Part shown: piece by piece, positions 31,861 through 43,337 of the stretch | How the letters are laid out: each line of letters starts with the position of its first letter | Position numbering within the stretch: the stretch's first letter is position 1 | DNA from: Candidatus Omnitrophota bacterium | Lineage (GTDB): Bacteria; Omnitrophota; Omnitrophia; Omnitrophales; Aquincolibacteriaceae | Assembly (NCBI GenBank): GCA_043732705.1 | Contig: JAYTHE010000029.1 | Coordinates: forward strand, 70,445 to 134,444 | DNA: 64,000 nucleotides | Direction: 5' to 3' | The notes under the pieces: model-generated | What the model was told of the DNA's origin: nothing | Seen by the model: only the letters and a program-made list of their open reading frames with translations | Databases searched by the model: none | Position numbers and translations under genes: made by a program

Positions 31861-31874
31861 ATTCCTTTTCTCGT

Positions 31875-32420
31875 TTAGATTCTTTCGACTTGCCAGTATT
31901 CAAGTTCAACCGGCGTTGCACGTCCAAAAATTGTTACTCGCACACGAAGCTTGCCGCGATCCGGATTGATTTGCTCAATCACTCCGTTAAAATTCGCAAA
32001 CGCACCCTCTTTAACACGAACGCTTTCACCTTCGCCAAATTCAACTTTAGGCTTCGGCTTGGAAGTTTTTTCTTCCTGGCCTTGAATAATCTCGCTGATT
32101 TCTTTTTCAGTAAGAGGAATCGGGCGCTTGCCAGTTCCAACAAACCCGGAAACCCCCGGGGTGTTCTTCACGAGATACCAAGTCTCATCGCTCAAATCCA
32201 TCTTCACAAAGATATAACCGGCAAAAAATTTACGGTCGCTGATACGTTTTTTTCCGCCCTTAACTTCACTTACCTTTTCTGTCGGAATCAAAACTTCCTG
32301 AATCTTGTCAGCCAAACCCTGCATTTGCGCGCGCACCAATAAACCGGAACGGGCCTTGCCTTCAAGACCTGTCTGCGTGTGCACTACATACCATTTAAGA
32401 TCTGCCATTGTAACCATCAA
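31875..32420 (-). CDS. nusG: transcription termination/antitermination factor NusG
   Basis: NGN + KOW domains (WYVVHTQTGLEGKA ...). Confidence 0.9.
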   Translation of the reverse strand: MMVTMADLKWYVVHTQTGLEGKARSGLLVRAQMQGLADKIQEVLIPTEKVSEVKGGKKRISDRKFFAGYIFVKMDLSDETWYLVKNTPGVSGFVGTGKRPIPLTEKEISEIIQGQEEKTSKPKPKVEFGEGESVRVKEGAFANFNGVIEQINPDRGKLRVRVTIFGRATPVELEYWQVERI

Positions 32421-32608
32421 CCCCGCCGGATCAACACGCTCAATAAAGAGGAGTTGCCAAAATCAATTACAAAAATTAAACCTGTCAAAAAAGCCGCCGC
32501 AATAATCACAACGATGCCAGCCTGAATCACTTCAGCGCGCGCAGGCCAAGTTACCTTTTTCAACTCTTGAACGATCTCACCGAAAAAACCGCCGATTTTC
32601 TGAATCAT
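32417..32608 (-). CDS. secE: preprotein translocase subunit SecE
   Basis: 63 aa single TM, overlaps nusG start by 4 nt, downstream of tRNA-Trp. Confidence 0.8.
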   Translation of the reverse strand: MIQKIGGFFGEIVQELKKVTWPARAEVIQAGIVVIIAAAFLTGLIFVIDFGNSSLLSVLIRRG

Positions 32609-32624
32609 TTAATCTCTCAACTAT

Positions 32625-32706
32625 TTTACGGTTGCGCCTTAGCGCAGAGCCAAATCTTTTACTGTGCGGCTGGGCATCATCACCCAGAGCCGAAACATAT
32701 CGTACG
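32625..32706. repeat. PE x2 (upstream of secE)
   Basis: tacggttgcgccttagcgcagagccaaatc ; gcggctgggcatcatcacccagagccgaaacatatcgtac. Confidence 0.8.
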
Positions 32707-32710
32707 ATAC

Positions 32711-32730
32711 AGGCCTGGTAGGTTCGGCAC
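32711..32730 (-). other. partial duplicate of tRNA-Trp 3' end (att-like direct repeat)
   Basis: aggcctggtaggttcg vs aggcctggtaggattcg at 32941. Confidence 0.55.
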
Positions 32731-32898
32731 CTTCCGTTCATGTCCGCTAGTCGCGGCATTCACTACAGGTTGCCACCCGCTTCGCCTGGCCTTCGCTATA
32801 CGCGAATCTGACATTAGTCAGATTCTTGCTCCGCTCAGCTTCGTCATTTGCGAAGCTCCCTTCGAAACCTACTTAACAATCGCTCTTGCCAACTCTTT

Positions 32899-32940
32899 CC
32901 GCCGGTTGCGCTGGCAACGCAGAGGCGAAATAATTCGTAC
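32899..32940. repeat. PE abutting tRNA-Trp 3' end
   Basis: ccgccggttgcgctggcaacgcagaggcgaaataattcgtac. Confidence 0.75.
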
Positions 32941-33014
32941 AGGCCTGGTAGGATTCGAACCTACAACAAGCGGTTTTGGAGACCGCCGCTCTAGCCAATT
33001 GGAGCTACAGGCCT
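32941..33014 (-). tRNA. trnW: tRNA-Trp (anticodon CCA)
   Basis: Cloverleaf by eye: acceptor AGGCCTG/CAGGCCT, D-loop AGCTCCAATTGGCTAGAGC, anticodon loop CTCCAAA, T-loop GGTTCGAATCC. Confidence 0.85.
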
Positions 33015-33038
33015 ATAAAACCTAAAACCCCGCATTCG

Positions 33039-33082
33039 CTTCGCGGTTGTGCCAAAAGCACAGAGCCAAAATAACTCGTTAC
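33039..33082. repeat. PE (rpmG-tRNA-Trp spacer), tail supplies rpmG stop
   Basis: cttcgcggttgtgccaaaagcacagagccaaaataactcgtta. Confidence 0.8.
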
Positions 33083-33234
33083 TTCTTCTCTTTGAAAAGA
33101 ATATGCTTGCGCAACGTCGGACAATATTTTTTTCTCTCAAGCCGTTCGGGATTCTGCTTCTTGTTCTTCCGAGTCATATAAGTCGTCGAACTCGCGGGAT
33201 CCGTCGAAACCAAAGTTATAATTTCACTAGCCAT
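33079..33234 (-). CDS. rpmG: 50S ribosomal protein L33
   Basis: Manual translation [51 protein letters not shown]; not in ORF track (<60 aa). Confidence 0.85.
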   Translation of the reverse strand: MASEIITLVSTDPASSTTYMTRKNKKQNPERLERKKYCPTLRKHILFKEKK

Positions 33235-33252
33235 TTAAAACCTCTTGTTTTT

Positions 33253-33274
33253 ATCTGCAAATAAATTTGCAGAT
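33253..33274 (-). promoter_or_regulatory. perfect 9-bp hairpin ATCTGCAAA-TAAA-TTTGCAGAT just upstream of rpmG SD
   Basis: palindrome read directly. Confidence 0.35.
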
Positions 33275-33312
33275 AAAAAATCCCCGCTGATTTTTCAGCG
33301 GGGATTTAAAAA
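33275..33312 (-). terminator. intrinsic terminator after tuf (stem ATCCCCGCTG/CAGCGGGGAT + T6)
   Basis: 10-bp GC-rich stem followed by UUUUUU on minus-strand transcript. Confidence 0.7.
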
Positions 33313-33314
33313 AA

Positions 33315-34514
33315 CTATTCGACAATCTCGCTTACAACACCTGCGCCAACTGTTTTACCGCCTTCGCGAATCGCGAAGCGTAATTCCTTTTCCATGGCAA
33401 CGGGAGCAATCAATTCGCCCGTGATGGAAACGTTGTCACCAGGCATCACCATTTCGCGGCCGGCCGGCAACTCAACGATGCCGGTTACGTCGGTGGTACG
33501 GAAATAAAACTGAGGGCGATATCCCTTGAAGAAAGGGGTATGACGTCCGCCTTCTTCTTTGCTCAAGATATAAACTTCGGCTTTGAACTTTTTGTGAGGA
33601 GAAACAGAGTTCGGAGCGCAAATAACCATACCGCGCTGAATCTGATCTTTTTCAACACCGCGAAGCAAAAGACCTACGTTGTCGCCGGCTTGACCCTGAT
33701 CAAGCATCTTACGGAACATTTCAACGCCGGTTACAGTTGTCTTCAATTTTTGTTCCTGCATACCAACGATTTCAGCTTCATCACCCACTTTGATGATTCC
33801 GCGTTCAATACGTCCTGTCGCAACAGTACCGCGACCTGAGATTGAGAAAACGTCTTCAACTGACATCAAGAAAGGCTTGTCAATTTCGCGCTTCGGCTCA
33901 GGAATGTGCTGATCCAATGCATCCACCAACTCTTCAATGCACTTGATTGCAGCAGGATCTTTTGGATTTTGTGCAGCCGGGAGACCGGAACCGCGAATAA
34001 CCGGGATTTTATCTCCGGGAAACTTATACTTTGTTAAAAGATCGCGGACTTCCATTTCAACGAGATCAAGAAGTTCTTTGTCATCAACAAGGTCAATCTT
34101 GTTAAGAAAAACAACGATCGCAGGAACGCCAACCTGACGTGCAAGCAAAATGTGTTCACGTGTTTGCGGCATCGGACCGTCAACAGCGGAAACAACGAGA
34201 ATCGCTCCGTCCATCTGCGCGGCGCCGGTGATCATATTTTTAATATAGTCAGCGTGTCCCGGGCAGTCAATGTGAGCATAATGACGTGTCGCGGATGAGT
34301 ATTCAACGTGGGAAACAGCAATAGTAACGATTTTAGAATCGTCGCGAACAGTTCCGCCCTTTGCAATTTCAGCATACGTCTTAATATCAGCAAGACCTTT
34401 TGCATTTTGAACCATGCAAAGCGCTGTAGTTAACGTAGTTTTACCATGGTCGACGTGGCCAATTGTACCGACGTTTACGTGCGGTTTTGTTCTGTCAAAT
34501 TTTTCTTTTGCCAT
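33315..34514 (-). CDS. tuf: elongation factor Tu
   Basis: 399 aa; [22 protein letters not shown] motifs. Confidence 0.97.
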   Translation of the reverse strand: MAKEKFDRTKPHVNVGTIGHVDHGKTTLTTALCMVQNAKGLADIKTYAEIAKGGTVRDDSKIVTIAVSHVEYSSATRHYAHIDCPGHADYIKNMITGAAQMDGAILVVSAVDGPMPQTREHILLARQVGVPAIVVFLNKIDLVDDKELLDLVEMEVRDLLTKYKFPGDKIPVIRGSGLPAAQNPKDPAAIKCIEELVDALDQHIPEPKREIDKPFLMSVEDVFSISGRGTVATGRIERGIIKVGDEAEIVGMQEQKLKTTVTGVEMFRKMLDQGQAGDNVGLLLRGVEKDQIQRGMVICAPNSVSPHKKFKAEVYILSKEEGGRHTPFFKGYRPQFYFRTTDVTGIVELPAGREMVMPGDNVSITGELIAPVAMEKELRFAIREGGKTVGAGVVSEIVE

Positions 34515-34547
34515 GGTCGTATCTCCTTCGATTATATTTTACAAATT

Positions 34548-34584
34548 TTATTTCGCTCTGCGAAACCGCACTACATATACTCGT
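34548..34584. repeat. degenerate half-PE upstream of tuf
   Basis: tttcgctctgcgaaaccgcac. Confidence 0.4.
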
Positions 34585-34594
34585 TCCGAAACCC

Positions 34595-34667
34595 AGCTGA
34601 AGATGGGAATCGAACCCACGACCTCGTCCTTACCAAGGACGTGCTCTACCAACTGAGCTACTTCAGC
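34595..34667 (-). tRNA. trnT: tRNA-Thr (anticodon GGT)
   Basis: GCTGAAGTAGCTCAGTTGGTAGAGC...CCTTGGTAAGG...GGTTCGATTCC cloverleaf by eye. Confidence 0.85.
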
Positions 34668-34754
34668 ACCAGCTGAAGGCAAAAAATCTCTCTCAACCTT
34701 TTTGGGGTAGAGAATACCCATAGGGACTCTGGTCCTGAGGATAAAAGAGCTGAC

Positions 34755-34782
34755 ATTCTATCCTCGGTTTTTCGCATGTCAA
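34755..34782 (-). promoter_or_regulatory. sigma70-like promoter (TTGACA-16-TAGAAT) directed at tRNA-Thr/tuf
   Basis: read on minus strand in AT-rich spacer with upstream A-tracts. Confidence 0.4.
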
Positions 34783-34980
34783 TTCTTTTTTAGGAAATTT
34801 TTTAACTTTTTTTTGAACACGTCCCAATCTAAAAATTAGGCTGTTAAACTGCCAAAAAACTTGAAAAGTATCGCTAAAAAAAGAATGTTTCCTTTTTTTA
34901 ATAATATTTATTTATAGTTAATTTTATATGTAAATTGATAGCGATAGATAGTTTTTGACATTTTTAATTTTTCCGGAAAC

Positions 34981-35008
34981 TTGACCGAATATTTTTACTG
35001 TATATAAT
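34981..35008 (+). promoter_or_regulatory. sigma70-like promoter (TTGACC-16-TATAAT) for gpmA
   Basis: hexamers ~45 nt upstream of gpmA ATG. Confidence 0.45.
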
Positions 35009-35054
35009 GCCGCGTCTTTCAAGCAATACCTGACTCAATATTAACGGAGAAACT

Positions 35055-35693
35055 ATGCCGACTTTAATTCTTATCCGCCATGGAGAATCACAATGGAATC
35101 TTGAAAACCGTTTCACCGGCTGGGTGGATGTCGAGCTTTCCGCAAAGGGCGTCAATGAAGCCAATGAGGCCGGCAAGAAATTGGCCGGCTATAAAATCGA
35201 TAAGGCTTATACTTCTATTCTTAAACGCGCGATCAATACGCTGGACCTTGCTCTTCAGTCAGCGGGAAAAACCGGCCTTCCGATCATACGCGATAAAGCT
35301 TTAAACGAACGCCATTACGGCGCCTTACAAGGTTTGAATAAAGCCGAAACCGCCAATTTATATAGTGATGAGCAGGTTCATATTTGGCGCCGCAGCTATG
35401 ATGTGCCGCCCCCAACAGAAAAAACAGATTTTAATCCGGAAGGCTTCAGCGAAAGCTTGAAAGATACCGCTGCGCGCGCCGTACCTTATTTTGAAAAAAA
35501 TATTGCCGCAGATTTAAAAGCCGGAAAAAATGTGATTGTTGCCGCGCATGGCAACAGCTTGCGCGCAATCGTCATGCACTTAGAAAAAATGACCAAAGAG
35601 CAAGTTTTGGAATTGAATATTCCAACCGCAACGCCGCTCGTTTATGAGCTCGATAATAATTTGAAAATTATTTCAAAAAAGATACTGAAGTGA
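35055..35693 (+). CDS. gpmA: 2,3-bisphosphoglycerate-dependent phosphoglycerate mutase
   Basis: LILIRHGESQWNLENRFTGWVDV catalytic His motif. Confidence 0.9.
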   Translation: MPTLILIRHGESQWNLENRFTGWVDVELSAKGVNEANEAGKKLAGYKIDKAYTSILKRAINTLDLALQSAGKTGLPIIRDKALNERHYGALQGLNKAETANLYSDEQVHIWRRSYDVPPPTEKTDFNPEGFSESLKDTAARAVPYFEKNIAADLKAGKNVIVAAHGNSLRAIVMHLEKMTKEQVLELNIPTATPLVYELDNNLKIISKKILK

Positions 35694-35730
35694 AATAAGC
35701 AAATCATTTACGGAACAACGTAAATGGTAT

Positions 35731-35783
35731 TGCGAATTTCATCCCCGCGAAAGCGGGAATCTAATCCCACTGGATTCCCGCCT
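35731..35783. repeat. two tandem hairpins ATCCCCGCG-AAA-GCGGGAAT and ATTCCCGC-CTGC-GCGGGAAT between convergent gpmA and hypothetical gene
   Basis: read directly; related stem to tuf terminator ATCCCCGCTG. Confidence 0.5.
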
Positions 35784-35819
35784 GCGCGGGAATGACAAAC
35801 AACCGGCTTTTAGCTCTAA

Positions 35820-36599
35820 CTAGTGAGTCGCAGAATTAGGGTTTGTTTCCGCGGCTTTAGACAGTACTTCGAATTCTGCTTCAGCCGCTTCGCGCCTGGC
35901 TTCATTGTCGGCGTGTTCGCGGATTTCCTCCTCTACAGAAGAGGCAATTCCATGATATTGCGGCGCGGGCAGAAGCGGCGCATTACCCTCTTCATTTAAA
36001 CCGATACGCTGAAAAAGTTCACGCGCGAAAATCTGCGCAACAACCCTGAAATTTGATTTTTCCCCGACGCTGAATTCTTTATTTTGGAAATCATATTTTT
36101 TCTTTTTTAGAAGCGGGGAAGTCGCGTCTGTTTCGACAACTTCATTAACTGAAATCCGCGTTTCAACCGGCGACAAACCAAGTCCCCGGTTTTTTTTGCG
36201 CGCGTCTTCCGGCTGCACCAGCAAATGGAAATTCAAATGGCCGCTGACCCGGCGCATGAGAGCAATTTTGTTGATTTGAATATCGAGCAAAACCGGCTTT
36301 AAATCGCCTTCGCTGAAGAAGCCCCTGCTCCTGTCAAAACGCATGTCCACCCGCTCAATTTCGAGCATGTCACCGCGCGGAAAACCATAGGGATTCCCAA
36401 CTTTGAGCTTCTCTAAAATAATGCCGGGTAAAGACAAGTCGATTTGCGCCTTCTGAATCGAGATATCGGTATCCCAATAAAGACCCAGCGAAGACGAAAG
36501 CGCGGTCTTCAAAAGGAGTCCGTTGAAAAGAATGCCGAGCGCAATGATCAAAAGAAATACCTGCACCCAAAAGATAAAAAAACGTACGATTTTGTTCAT
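35820..36599 (-). CDS. hypothetical membrane-anchored protein (N-terminal TM, acidic C-terminus)
   Basis: 259-aa ORF, no recognisable catalytic motif. Confidence 0.5.
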   Translation of the reverse strand: MNKIVRFFIFWVQVFLLIIALGILFNGLLLKTALSSSLGLYWDTDISIQKAQIDLSLPGIILEKLKVGNPYGFPRGDMLEIERVDMRFDRSRGFFSEGDLKPVLLDIQINKIALMRRVSGHLNFHLLVQPEDARKKNRGLGLSPVETRISVNEVVETDATSPLLKKKKYDFQNKEFSVGEKSNFRVVAQIFARELFQRIGLNEEGNAPLLPAPQYHGIASSVEEEIREHADNEARREAAEAEFEVLSKAAETNPNSATH

Positions 36600-36606
36600 G
36601 TATTAC

Positions 36607-36636
36607 TTGACAATTTACTTTCTTTCAGCATAATAT
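36607..36636 (+). promoter_or_regulatory. sigma70-like promoter (TTGACA-18-TAATAT) for atp operon
   Basis: hexamers ~60 nt upstream of atpZ-like ORF; -35 sits 8 nt beyond the start of the divergent gene. Confidence 0.45.
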
Positions 36637-36696
36637 TCGCGGTTTCATTTATTTTATAAATGCTTGAAGCCATTGGGGTTGTGACAATTATAATGT

Positions 36697-37002
36697 TTGG
36701 CACACCGTTCGTGTTTGGCCGCCAAGGACCAGCAAATTCTTAATAACTTAAAAATTTTCGGGCTCGCACTCACCATTCCTACGGTTTTGGTTTGCGGACC
36801 TCTGCTGGGATATGGCATTGCTTGTGCTTTAATCAAAAAGGGGATGTCCCCTTCTTTAGCCTTGCCTCTGCTAGTAGGTGCGGGATCTATTTTAGCATTA
36901 GTCCAAACTTTTAGAACGGTTAAATTGATTTCAAAAGCAGAGACGACCAGCGCTAAAGGGACAGAGGCTAAAGAAATTCATGACCGAGAGCATACAAAGT
37001 GA
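36697..37002 (+). CDS. AtpZ/AtpI-like small membrane protein preceding ATP synthase genes
   Basis: 101 aa, two TM helices, position immediately upstream of atpB. Confidence 0.45.
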   Translation: MAHRSCLAAKDQQILNNLKIFGLALTIPTVLVCGPLLGYGIACALIKKGMSPSLALPLLVGAGSILALVQTFRTVKLISKAETTSAKGTEAKEIHDREHTK

Positions 37003-37828
37003 ACATATTGCCGGAGCTGCAGCAAATCATGAAGCAGTTCACGAAGCGCACGAGTTCCCCAACTTCATCCACTTACTTTCCGACCGCTTCCACGATTCCG
37101 CCATTTTGCATTTTATGCATCAGTGGGAAAACCTTTTTTTCTCAGGAACAATTTTAGTTCTCATTTCCTCCATCCTTTTGATTGCTGCTGCGCGTGACAC
37201 ATTGATTCCGGATGTTTTTCGAAATGCGGTCGAAGCGCTTGTCGAAGGCATTGAAAATTTCATTGTCAGCATCTTGGGCGAAGAAGGCCGCAAGCATGTT
37301 CCTTTTTTAGGCACAACTTTTCTTTATATCTTCTTCATGAATTACTGCGGGTTGTTTCCTTTTTTTAAATCTCCGACTTCTTCTTTAAACACTACGATTC
37401 CTTTGGCTTTGATTGCGGTTTGTTATATTCAATATTGGGGGCTTCGCGAACTAGGTTTTAAAAAATATTTACTGCATATCGCCGGCAGCCCGGAAGGCAT
37501 CGCCTCGTGGATCATCGGCGTCATTCTGCTTTTCCCGCTTAATATCATGCTTGAGTTCCTCGCTGTTCCATTAAGTTTATCCGTTCGTCTCTTCGCGAAC
37601 GTCTCGAGTGAAGACTCTTTGCTTTATCAATTTTCGCGCATTGTTTTGCGTTCATATTTATTCGCTTTTCCGCTGCAGCTTTTTGGAAATGCCCTCGCGT
37701 TTCTTTTCAGCGGAATTCAAGCTTTCGTTTTTACTTTGCTGACAACCGTTTATATCAAAGCCATGATGCCCGGTGAACATGGCCCCGAACACTCTGAGTC
37801 TTTGACTCAACCGGTATCGGGACATTAA
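36980..37828 (+). CDS. atpB: F0F1 ATP synthase subunit a
   Basis: conserved LSLSVRLFANV (essential Arg) motif. Confidence 0.85.
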   Translation: MTESIQSEHIAGAAANHEAVHEAHEFPNFIHLLSDRFHDSAILHFMHQWENLFFSGTILVLISSILLIAAARDTLIPDVFRNAVEALVEGIENFIVSILGEEGRKHVPFLGTTFLYIFFMNYCGLFPFFKSPTSSLNTTIPLALIAVCYIQYWGLRELGFKKYLLHIAGSPEGIASWIIGVILLFPLNIMLEFLAVPLSLSVRLFANVSSEDSLLYQFSRIVLRSYLFAFPLQLFGNALAFLFSGIQAFVFTLLTTVYIKAMMPGEHGPEHSESLTQPVSGH

Positions 37829-37879
37829 GACAATAATTTTAGAAACAAATTTTTCAAATTAAATTAAGGAGATCAGACA

Positions 37880-38104
37880 ATGTTAACTAAAGAAATCGTA
37901 CTCGCTTTCGCAATTCCTCTCGGCCTCGGCATCGCTGCTTTGGGCTGCGGTATCGGCATCGGTAACGCCGTGAACGGCGCCATGCAGGCTATCGGCCGTC
38001 AACCTGAAGCTTCCGGAAAAATTATTCCGAATATGCTTATCGGATGCGCTTTGATCGAAGCTCTTACACTTTACGTGTTCGCGCTTGCACTCATGAAAAT
38101 CTGA
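37880..38104 (+). CDS. atpE: F0F1 ATP synthase subunit c
   Basis: 74 aa hairpin, GIGNAV...ALIEALTLYVF. Confidence 0.95.
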   Translation: MLTKEIVLAFAIPLGLGIAALGCGIGIGNAVNGAMQAIGRQPEASGKIIPNMLIGCALIEALTLYVFALALMKI

Positions 38105-38124
38105 TCTGAAACAAAAATGCACGT

Positions 38125-38610
38125 ATGAATATTGTTCCAGCAGAAATTTTAGTCCAGCTTGTCGCTTTTCTGATTGCGTTTTTCACGCTGAGAAAGTACG
38201 CGTGGATTCCGATGCAAAAATCACTCGCCGCGCGCCGTGACCACATCAAATGCAGTATTGAAGATGTGGAACGCGCTAAAGCCGAGATGGAAAAGCTGAA
38301 AGCGGAATACCAGGAACTTCTCAAGAGAATCGAAGATGAAGGCCGTATTAAAATGGCTGAAGTCGTCGAGGCCGGCCGCCTGATCGCGAAAGAGACCCAG
38401 GATAAAGCCCGTGAAGAAGCTCAGCGCACTTTTGATAAAACAAAAGCTGCGCTTGATTTGGAAGTCGCGAAAGCGCGCATCACCATGCGCCGTGAAATCG
38501 CCGATCTTTCGATTCATGTTGCTGAAAAAATTTTAGGCGATCATTTAAGTGACGGCAAACAGCGCGAAAAAGCTTCGCAGCTCGTAGATCAATTCGAAAA
38601 ATCATTATGA
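38125..38610 (+). CDS. atpF: F0F1 ATP synthase subunit b
   Basis: N-terminal TM + long charged helix. Confidence 0.85.
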   Translation: MNIVPAEILVQLVAFLIAFFTLRKYAWIPMQKSLAARRDHIKCSIEDVERAKAEMEKLKAEYQELLKRIEDEGRIKMAEVVEAGRLIAKETQDKAREEAQRTFDKTKAALDLEVAKARITMRREIADLSIHVAEKILGDHLSDGKQREKASQLVDQFEKSL

Positions 38611-39191
38611 AAGACGCAGGAATTATCGCCAAACGCTACGCGGAAGCCCTTTTCAACCTCTGCCTGAAGGAAAAGAACCTTGGGGTGGTTGAAAAGTCTT
38701 TTGATTCGTTTGTAAATGAAACCACGAAGAACACAACTTTCGTGCACTTCATGGAGAGCCCCGTGATTCCGCATAAAAGCAAAGAAGCTGTGCTTGAAAA
38801 AATTATTCCTCAAGGAATGCCGCCGCTCTTGGTGCTTTTTTTGAAACTGGTCCTGGCTAAAAAAAGGTTTGAAGTTTTGACTTTGATCGAAAAAACTTTT
38901 CAACAGCGCTCGGAACGCTATCGCGGTGTTCATCGGGCGGAATTAACCACGGCGGTTGCCGTGGAGCTCGCGGCAGAAAAAAAACTAACCGCACTGCTTG
39001 AAAAGAAATTTTCTCGAGAGAAAATTTCGGCTTCTGAGCCTTCGGCTCAACCGGAAGTTATTCTTACAAAAAAAGTTGATCCCAAAATATTGGGCGGATT
39101 TATTTTAAAATGGGATGAGCTCGTCGTTGATGCGAGCTATCAAACAAAATTACGCGAAATGAAGCAGCGGCTCTATGCCACCGCGATCTAA
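38607..39191 (+). CDS. atpH: F0F1 ATP synthase subunit delta
   Basis: position between b and alpha; OSCP-like length. Confidence 0.8.
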   Translation: MKDAGIIAKRYAEALFNLCLKEKNLGVVEKSFDSFVNETTKNTTFVHFMESPVIPHKSKEAVLEKIIPQGMPPLLVLFLKLVLAKKRFEVLTLIEKTFQQRSERYRGVHRAELTTAVAVELAAEKKLTALLEKKFSREKISASEPSAQPEVILTKKVDPKILGGFILKWDELVVDASYQTKLREMKQRLYATAI

Positions 39192-39367
39192 TACAATTTA
39201 AAATCTTGCCTTGCTGGAAGCAAACAGTTCAAAAAGCTTCAGATGCAAGGCGCAGACGAGCAACCGAGGAGGCGTACTGAAAACGTACGTCGCACGAGCG
39301 TTGCGAAGTTTGTAACGCAGCAGATGAATTTTTTCAACTGTTTGCGCAACAAAAGGAATGAACCATT

Positions 39368-40873
39368 ATGTTGAAGGCTGATGAAGTAACACAGGCGCTC
39401 GAAAAAGAAATCGCAAAGTATCAATCGAAGCTCGACATTGAATCGGTTGGATATGTGCTTCAAGTCGGCGACGGAATCGCGCGCGTGCACGGACTTGAAA
39501 CCGTCATGGCCGGCGAACTCGTCACATTCGAAGACGGCACCGCCGGGCTCGTTTTGAACCTTGAACCCAGCCAGGTCGGCGTGGTTATTCTCGGTGATGA
39601 CCGCAAGATTAAAGAAGGCGGCATGGTTAAACGTACGGGCAAAATCGCTGAAGTTCCCGTTGGCCCGGCATTAAAAGGCCGCGTAGTGAATCCGCTCGGC
39701 GAACCACTGGACGGCAAAGGCCCAATTGTTTCCAATAAAAAACGTCCGATTGAAACGCTGCCTCCATCAGTGATTCAACGCCAGCCCGTTAAAGAGCCTT
39801 TGCAAACAGGTATCAAAGCCGTCGATGCCATGATTCCAATCGGACGCGGACAACGCGAATTAATTATCGGTGACCGTCAAACCGGGAAAACCGCGATTAT
39901 TGTTGATACCATCATCAATCAGAAAGGCACAGGCATTCACTGTATTTATGTCGCGATCGGACAAAAACTTTCCAGCGTTCTCGCGCTTGCGAAAAAATTC
40001 GAAGAGCATGGCGCAATGGAATTCACGACCATTGTGTGCGCTTCTTCGAATGATCCCGCTCCGCTTCAATACTTAGCGCCTTATGCCGGCTGCGCAATCG
40101 GCGAAGAAGTCATGCATACGGGCGGTCATGCGCTTGTCGCGTTTGACGATCTTTCCAAGCACGCCGTCGCTTACCGTCAGTTGTCATTGCTTTTGCAGCG
40201 CCCGCCCGGACGTGAAGCTTATCCCGGAGACGTTTTCTATATTCACTCGCGACTGCTTGAACGCGCCGCGAAAATGCGTGAAGATTTGGGCGGCGGTTCT
40301 TTAACGGCTTTGCCCGTTATTGAAACTCAGCTCGGCGACGTCTCGGCTTATATTCCAACCAACGTAATTTCGATTACGGACGGACAGATTTATCTCGAAA
40401 CCGATTTGTTTTACGCGGGTGTTCGGCCGGCGATTAACGTCGGTCTTTCCGTTTCACGCGTGGGCGGTAATGCTCAAACCAAAGCGATGAAACAAGTTGC
40501 GGGAACTTTGCGTCTGGCGCTTGCGCAGTACCGCGAACTCGCGGCATTCGCCCAGCTTTCAACCGACCTTGATAAAGCAACGAAAGACCAGTTGACACGC
40601 GGTGAACGCATGGTTGAACTTTTGAAGCAAGACGTTTTTGAACCGCAGCCTTTCGAAAAGCAGGTTGCGATTCTTTTAGCCGGAAACGAAGGTATCTTGG
40701 ATGACATCCCGCTGAAACGTTTGCGTGATTTCGAAACCGGTTATTTCCAATTTTTGGATTCAAATTACGCTGATGCTGTCAAAGACATCCAAAAAAATAA
40801 AAAACTTTCGGATGAAGTCAAAACGAAATTAAAGCAAGCTGCGGTTACATTCAAACAATCATTCAAGCAGTAA
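39368..40873 (+). CDS. atpA: F0F1 ATP synthase subunit alpha
   Basis: GDRQTGKT Walker A. Confidence 0.97.
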   Translation: MLKADEVTQALEKEIAKYQSKLDIESVGYVLQVGDGIARVHGLETVMAGELVTFEDGTAGLVLNLEPSQVGVVILGDDRKIKEGGMVKRTGKIAEVPVGPALKGRVVNPLGEPLDGKGPIVSNKKRPIETLPPSVIQRQPVKEPLQTGIKAVDAMIPIGRGQRELIIGDRQTGKTAIIVDTIINQKGTGIHCIYVAIGQKLSSVLALAKKFEEHGAMEFTTIVCASSNDPAPLQYLAPYAGCAIGEEVMHTGGHALVAFDDLSKHAVAYRQLSLLLQRPPGREAYPGDVFYIHSRLLERAAKMREDLGGGSLTALPVIETQLGDVSAYIPTNVISITDGQIYLETDLFYAGVRPAINVGLSVSRVGGNAQTKAMKQVAGTLRLALAQYRELAAFAQLSTDLDKATKDQLTRGERMVELLKQDVFEPQPFEKQVAILLAGNEGILDDIPLKRLRDFETGYFQFLDSNYADAVKDIQKNKKLSDEVKTKLKQAAVTFKQSFKQ

Positions 40874-40925
40874 CATTTGGGTGGTTTTACATAAAGTAAA
40901 ACCACCGTTTATAAAAAGCTAAATT

Positions 40926-41810
40926 ATGAGCGGTCAACTACGTACATTAAAAAATCGAATCCGCAGTATTTCCAGCACAAAGAAAATCACGCGTGCGATG
41001 GAAATGGTGTCGGCGTCCAAGCTCAAGCGCTATCAAAAAATGGTGCAGGACGGCGCTGCCTATGCGGAAGGCTTACTTAATCTTTTGAAACGTGTTAGCG
41101 CCAGCAGCGCCGAAGCGACTCATCCCCTTTTAGAAAAAAGGCCTGAGAAAAAGAAAGCATTAATCGTTTTTACTTCGGATGCGGGCCTTGCTGGTTCTTA
41201 TAATCAGGACTTAATTGGCGCTGCCGGAAAATTTTTAAAAAATGAAAAAGAAGCTCCGGTTCTGCTGGGTGTGGGAAAAATGGGCGTTCAATTTTTGAAG
41301 AAATCGGGCTCTGATTTCGAAAAAATCTTTATCGAAACCAAGGCCGCGGAAATTGAAAACGTTATTACATCTATTAAAGACACCACCCTGGAACTTTTCA
41401 TGTCAAAACGCGTGGATGCAATCTACGTCACTTACAGCCGCTTTATCAGCGCTTCCCGCTTTCAAGCAGTTACGGAAAAACTATTACCTTTCACGCTCGA
41501 TGCGGTAAAAACAAAATCCCCTGCCGAAGAAACTAAAAAACCTACGGAAGAAAATTACATCATGGAGCCTGACGCGAATGCTTTATTTGAAAAATTAGTG
41601 CCGGCGGTTTTCAGCATGCGTATCCGCAGTATTTTTCTTGAATCTTTTGTGAGCGAACAGATGGCACGCATGAACGCCATGCATCAAGCAACTGAAAACG
41701 CTTCGGAATTGATCGACGAACTTGTGCTTGAACGCAATAAAGCGCGTCAAGCCGCGATTACTAAAGAACTTATTGAAATTATTTCCGGTTCCAAAGCTAT
41801 GAAGGCTTGA
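40926..41810 (+). CDS. atpG: F0F1 ATP synthase subunit gamma
   Basis: 294 aa, KITRAMEMVSASK. Confidence 0.9.
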   Translation: MSGQLRTLKNRIRSISSTKKITRAMEMVSASKLKRYQKMVQDGAAYAEGLLNLLKRVSASSAEATHPLLEKRPEKKKALIVFTSDAGLAGSYNQDLIGAAGKFLKNEKEAPVLLGVGKMGVQFLKKSGSDFEKIFIETKAAEIENVITSIKDTTLELFMSKRVDAIYVTYSRFISASRFQAVTEKLLPFTLDAVKTKSPAEETKKPTEENYIMEPDANALFEKLVPAVFSMRIRSIFLESFVSEQMARMNAMHQATENASELIDELVLERNKARQAAITKELIEIISGSKAMKA

Positions 41811-41849
41811 GAGCCGCGCTAACATTTGGTTTTTAAATATAAAATTTAA

Positions 41850-43335
<1,486 letters not shown>

Positions 43336-43337
<2 letters not shown>

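Noticed and set aside
32711-32790. Second tRNA gene next to tRNA-Trp
   Set aside because: Only the 3'-terminal ~17 nt of tRNA-Trp are duplicated; no D-arm, anticodon arm or T-arm can be folded.
506-34600. Could the dispersed palindromic repeats be a CRISPR array?
   Set aside because: Copies are separated by whole genes at irregular distances, occur in both orientations, have variable loops and no leader or cas genes; they behave as REP/RPE-like intergenic palindromes, not CRISPR repeats.
34680-34760. Additional tRNA (Tyr/Gly) expected near tRNA-Thr/tuf
   Set aside because: No cloverleaf-compatible sequence; region is an AT-rich promoter spacer.
35731-35783. Canonical intrinsic terminators for gpmA
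   Set aside because: Stems are good but neither is followed by a U-tract on either strand; recorded as hairpin repeats instead.
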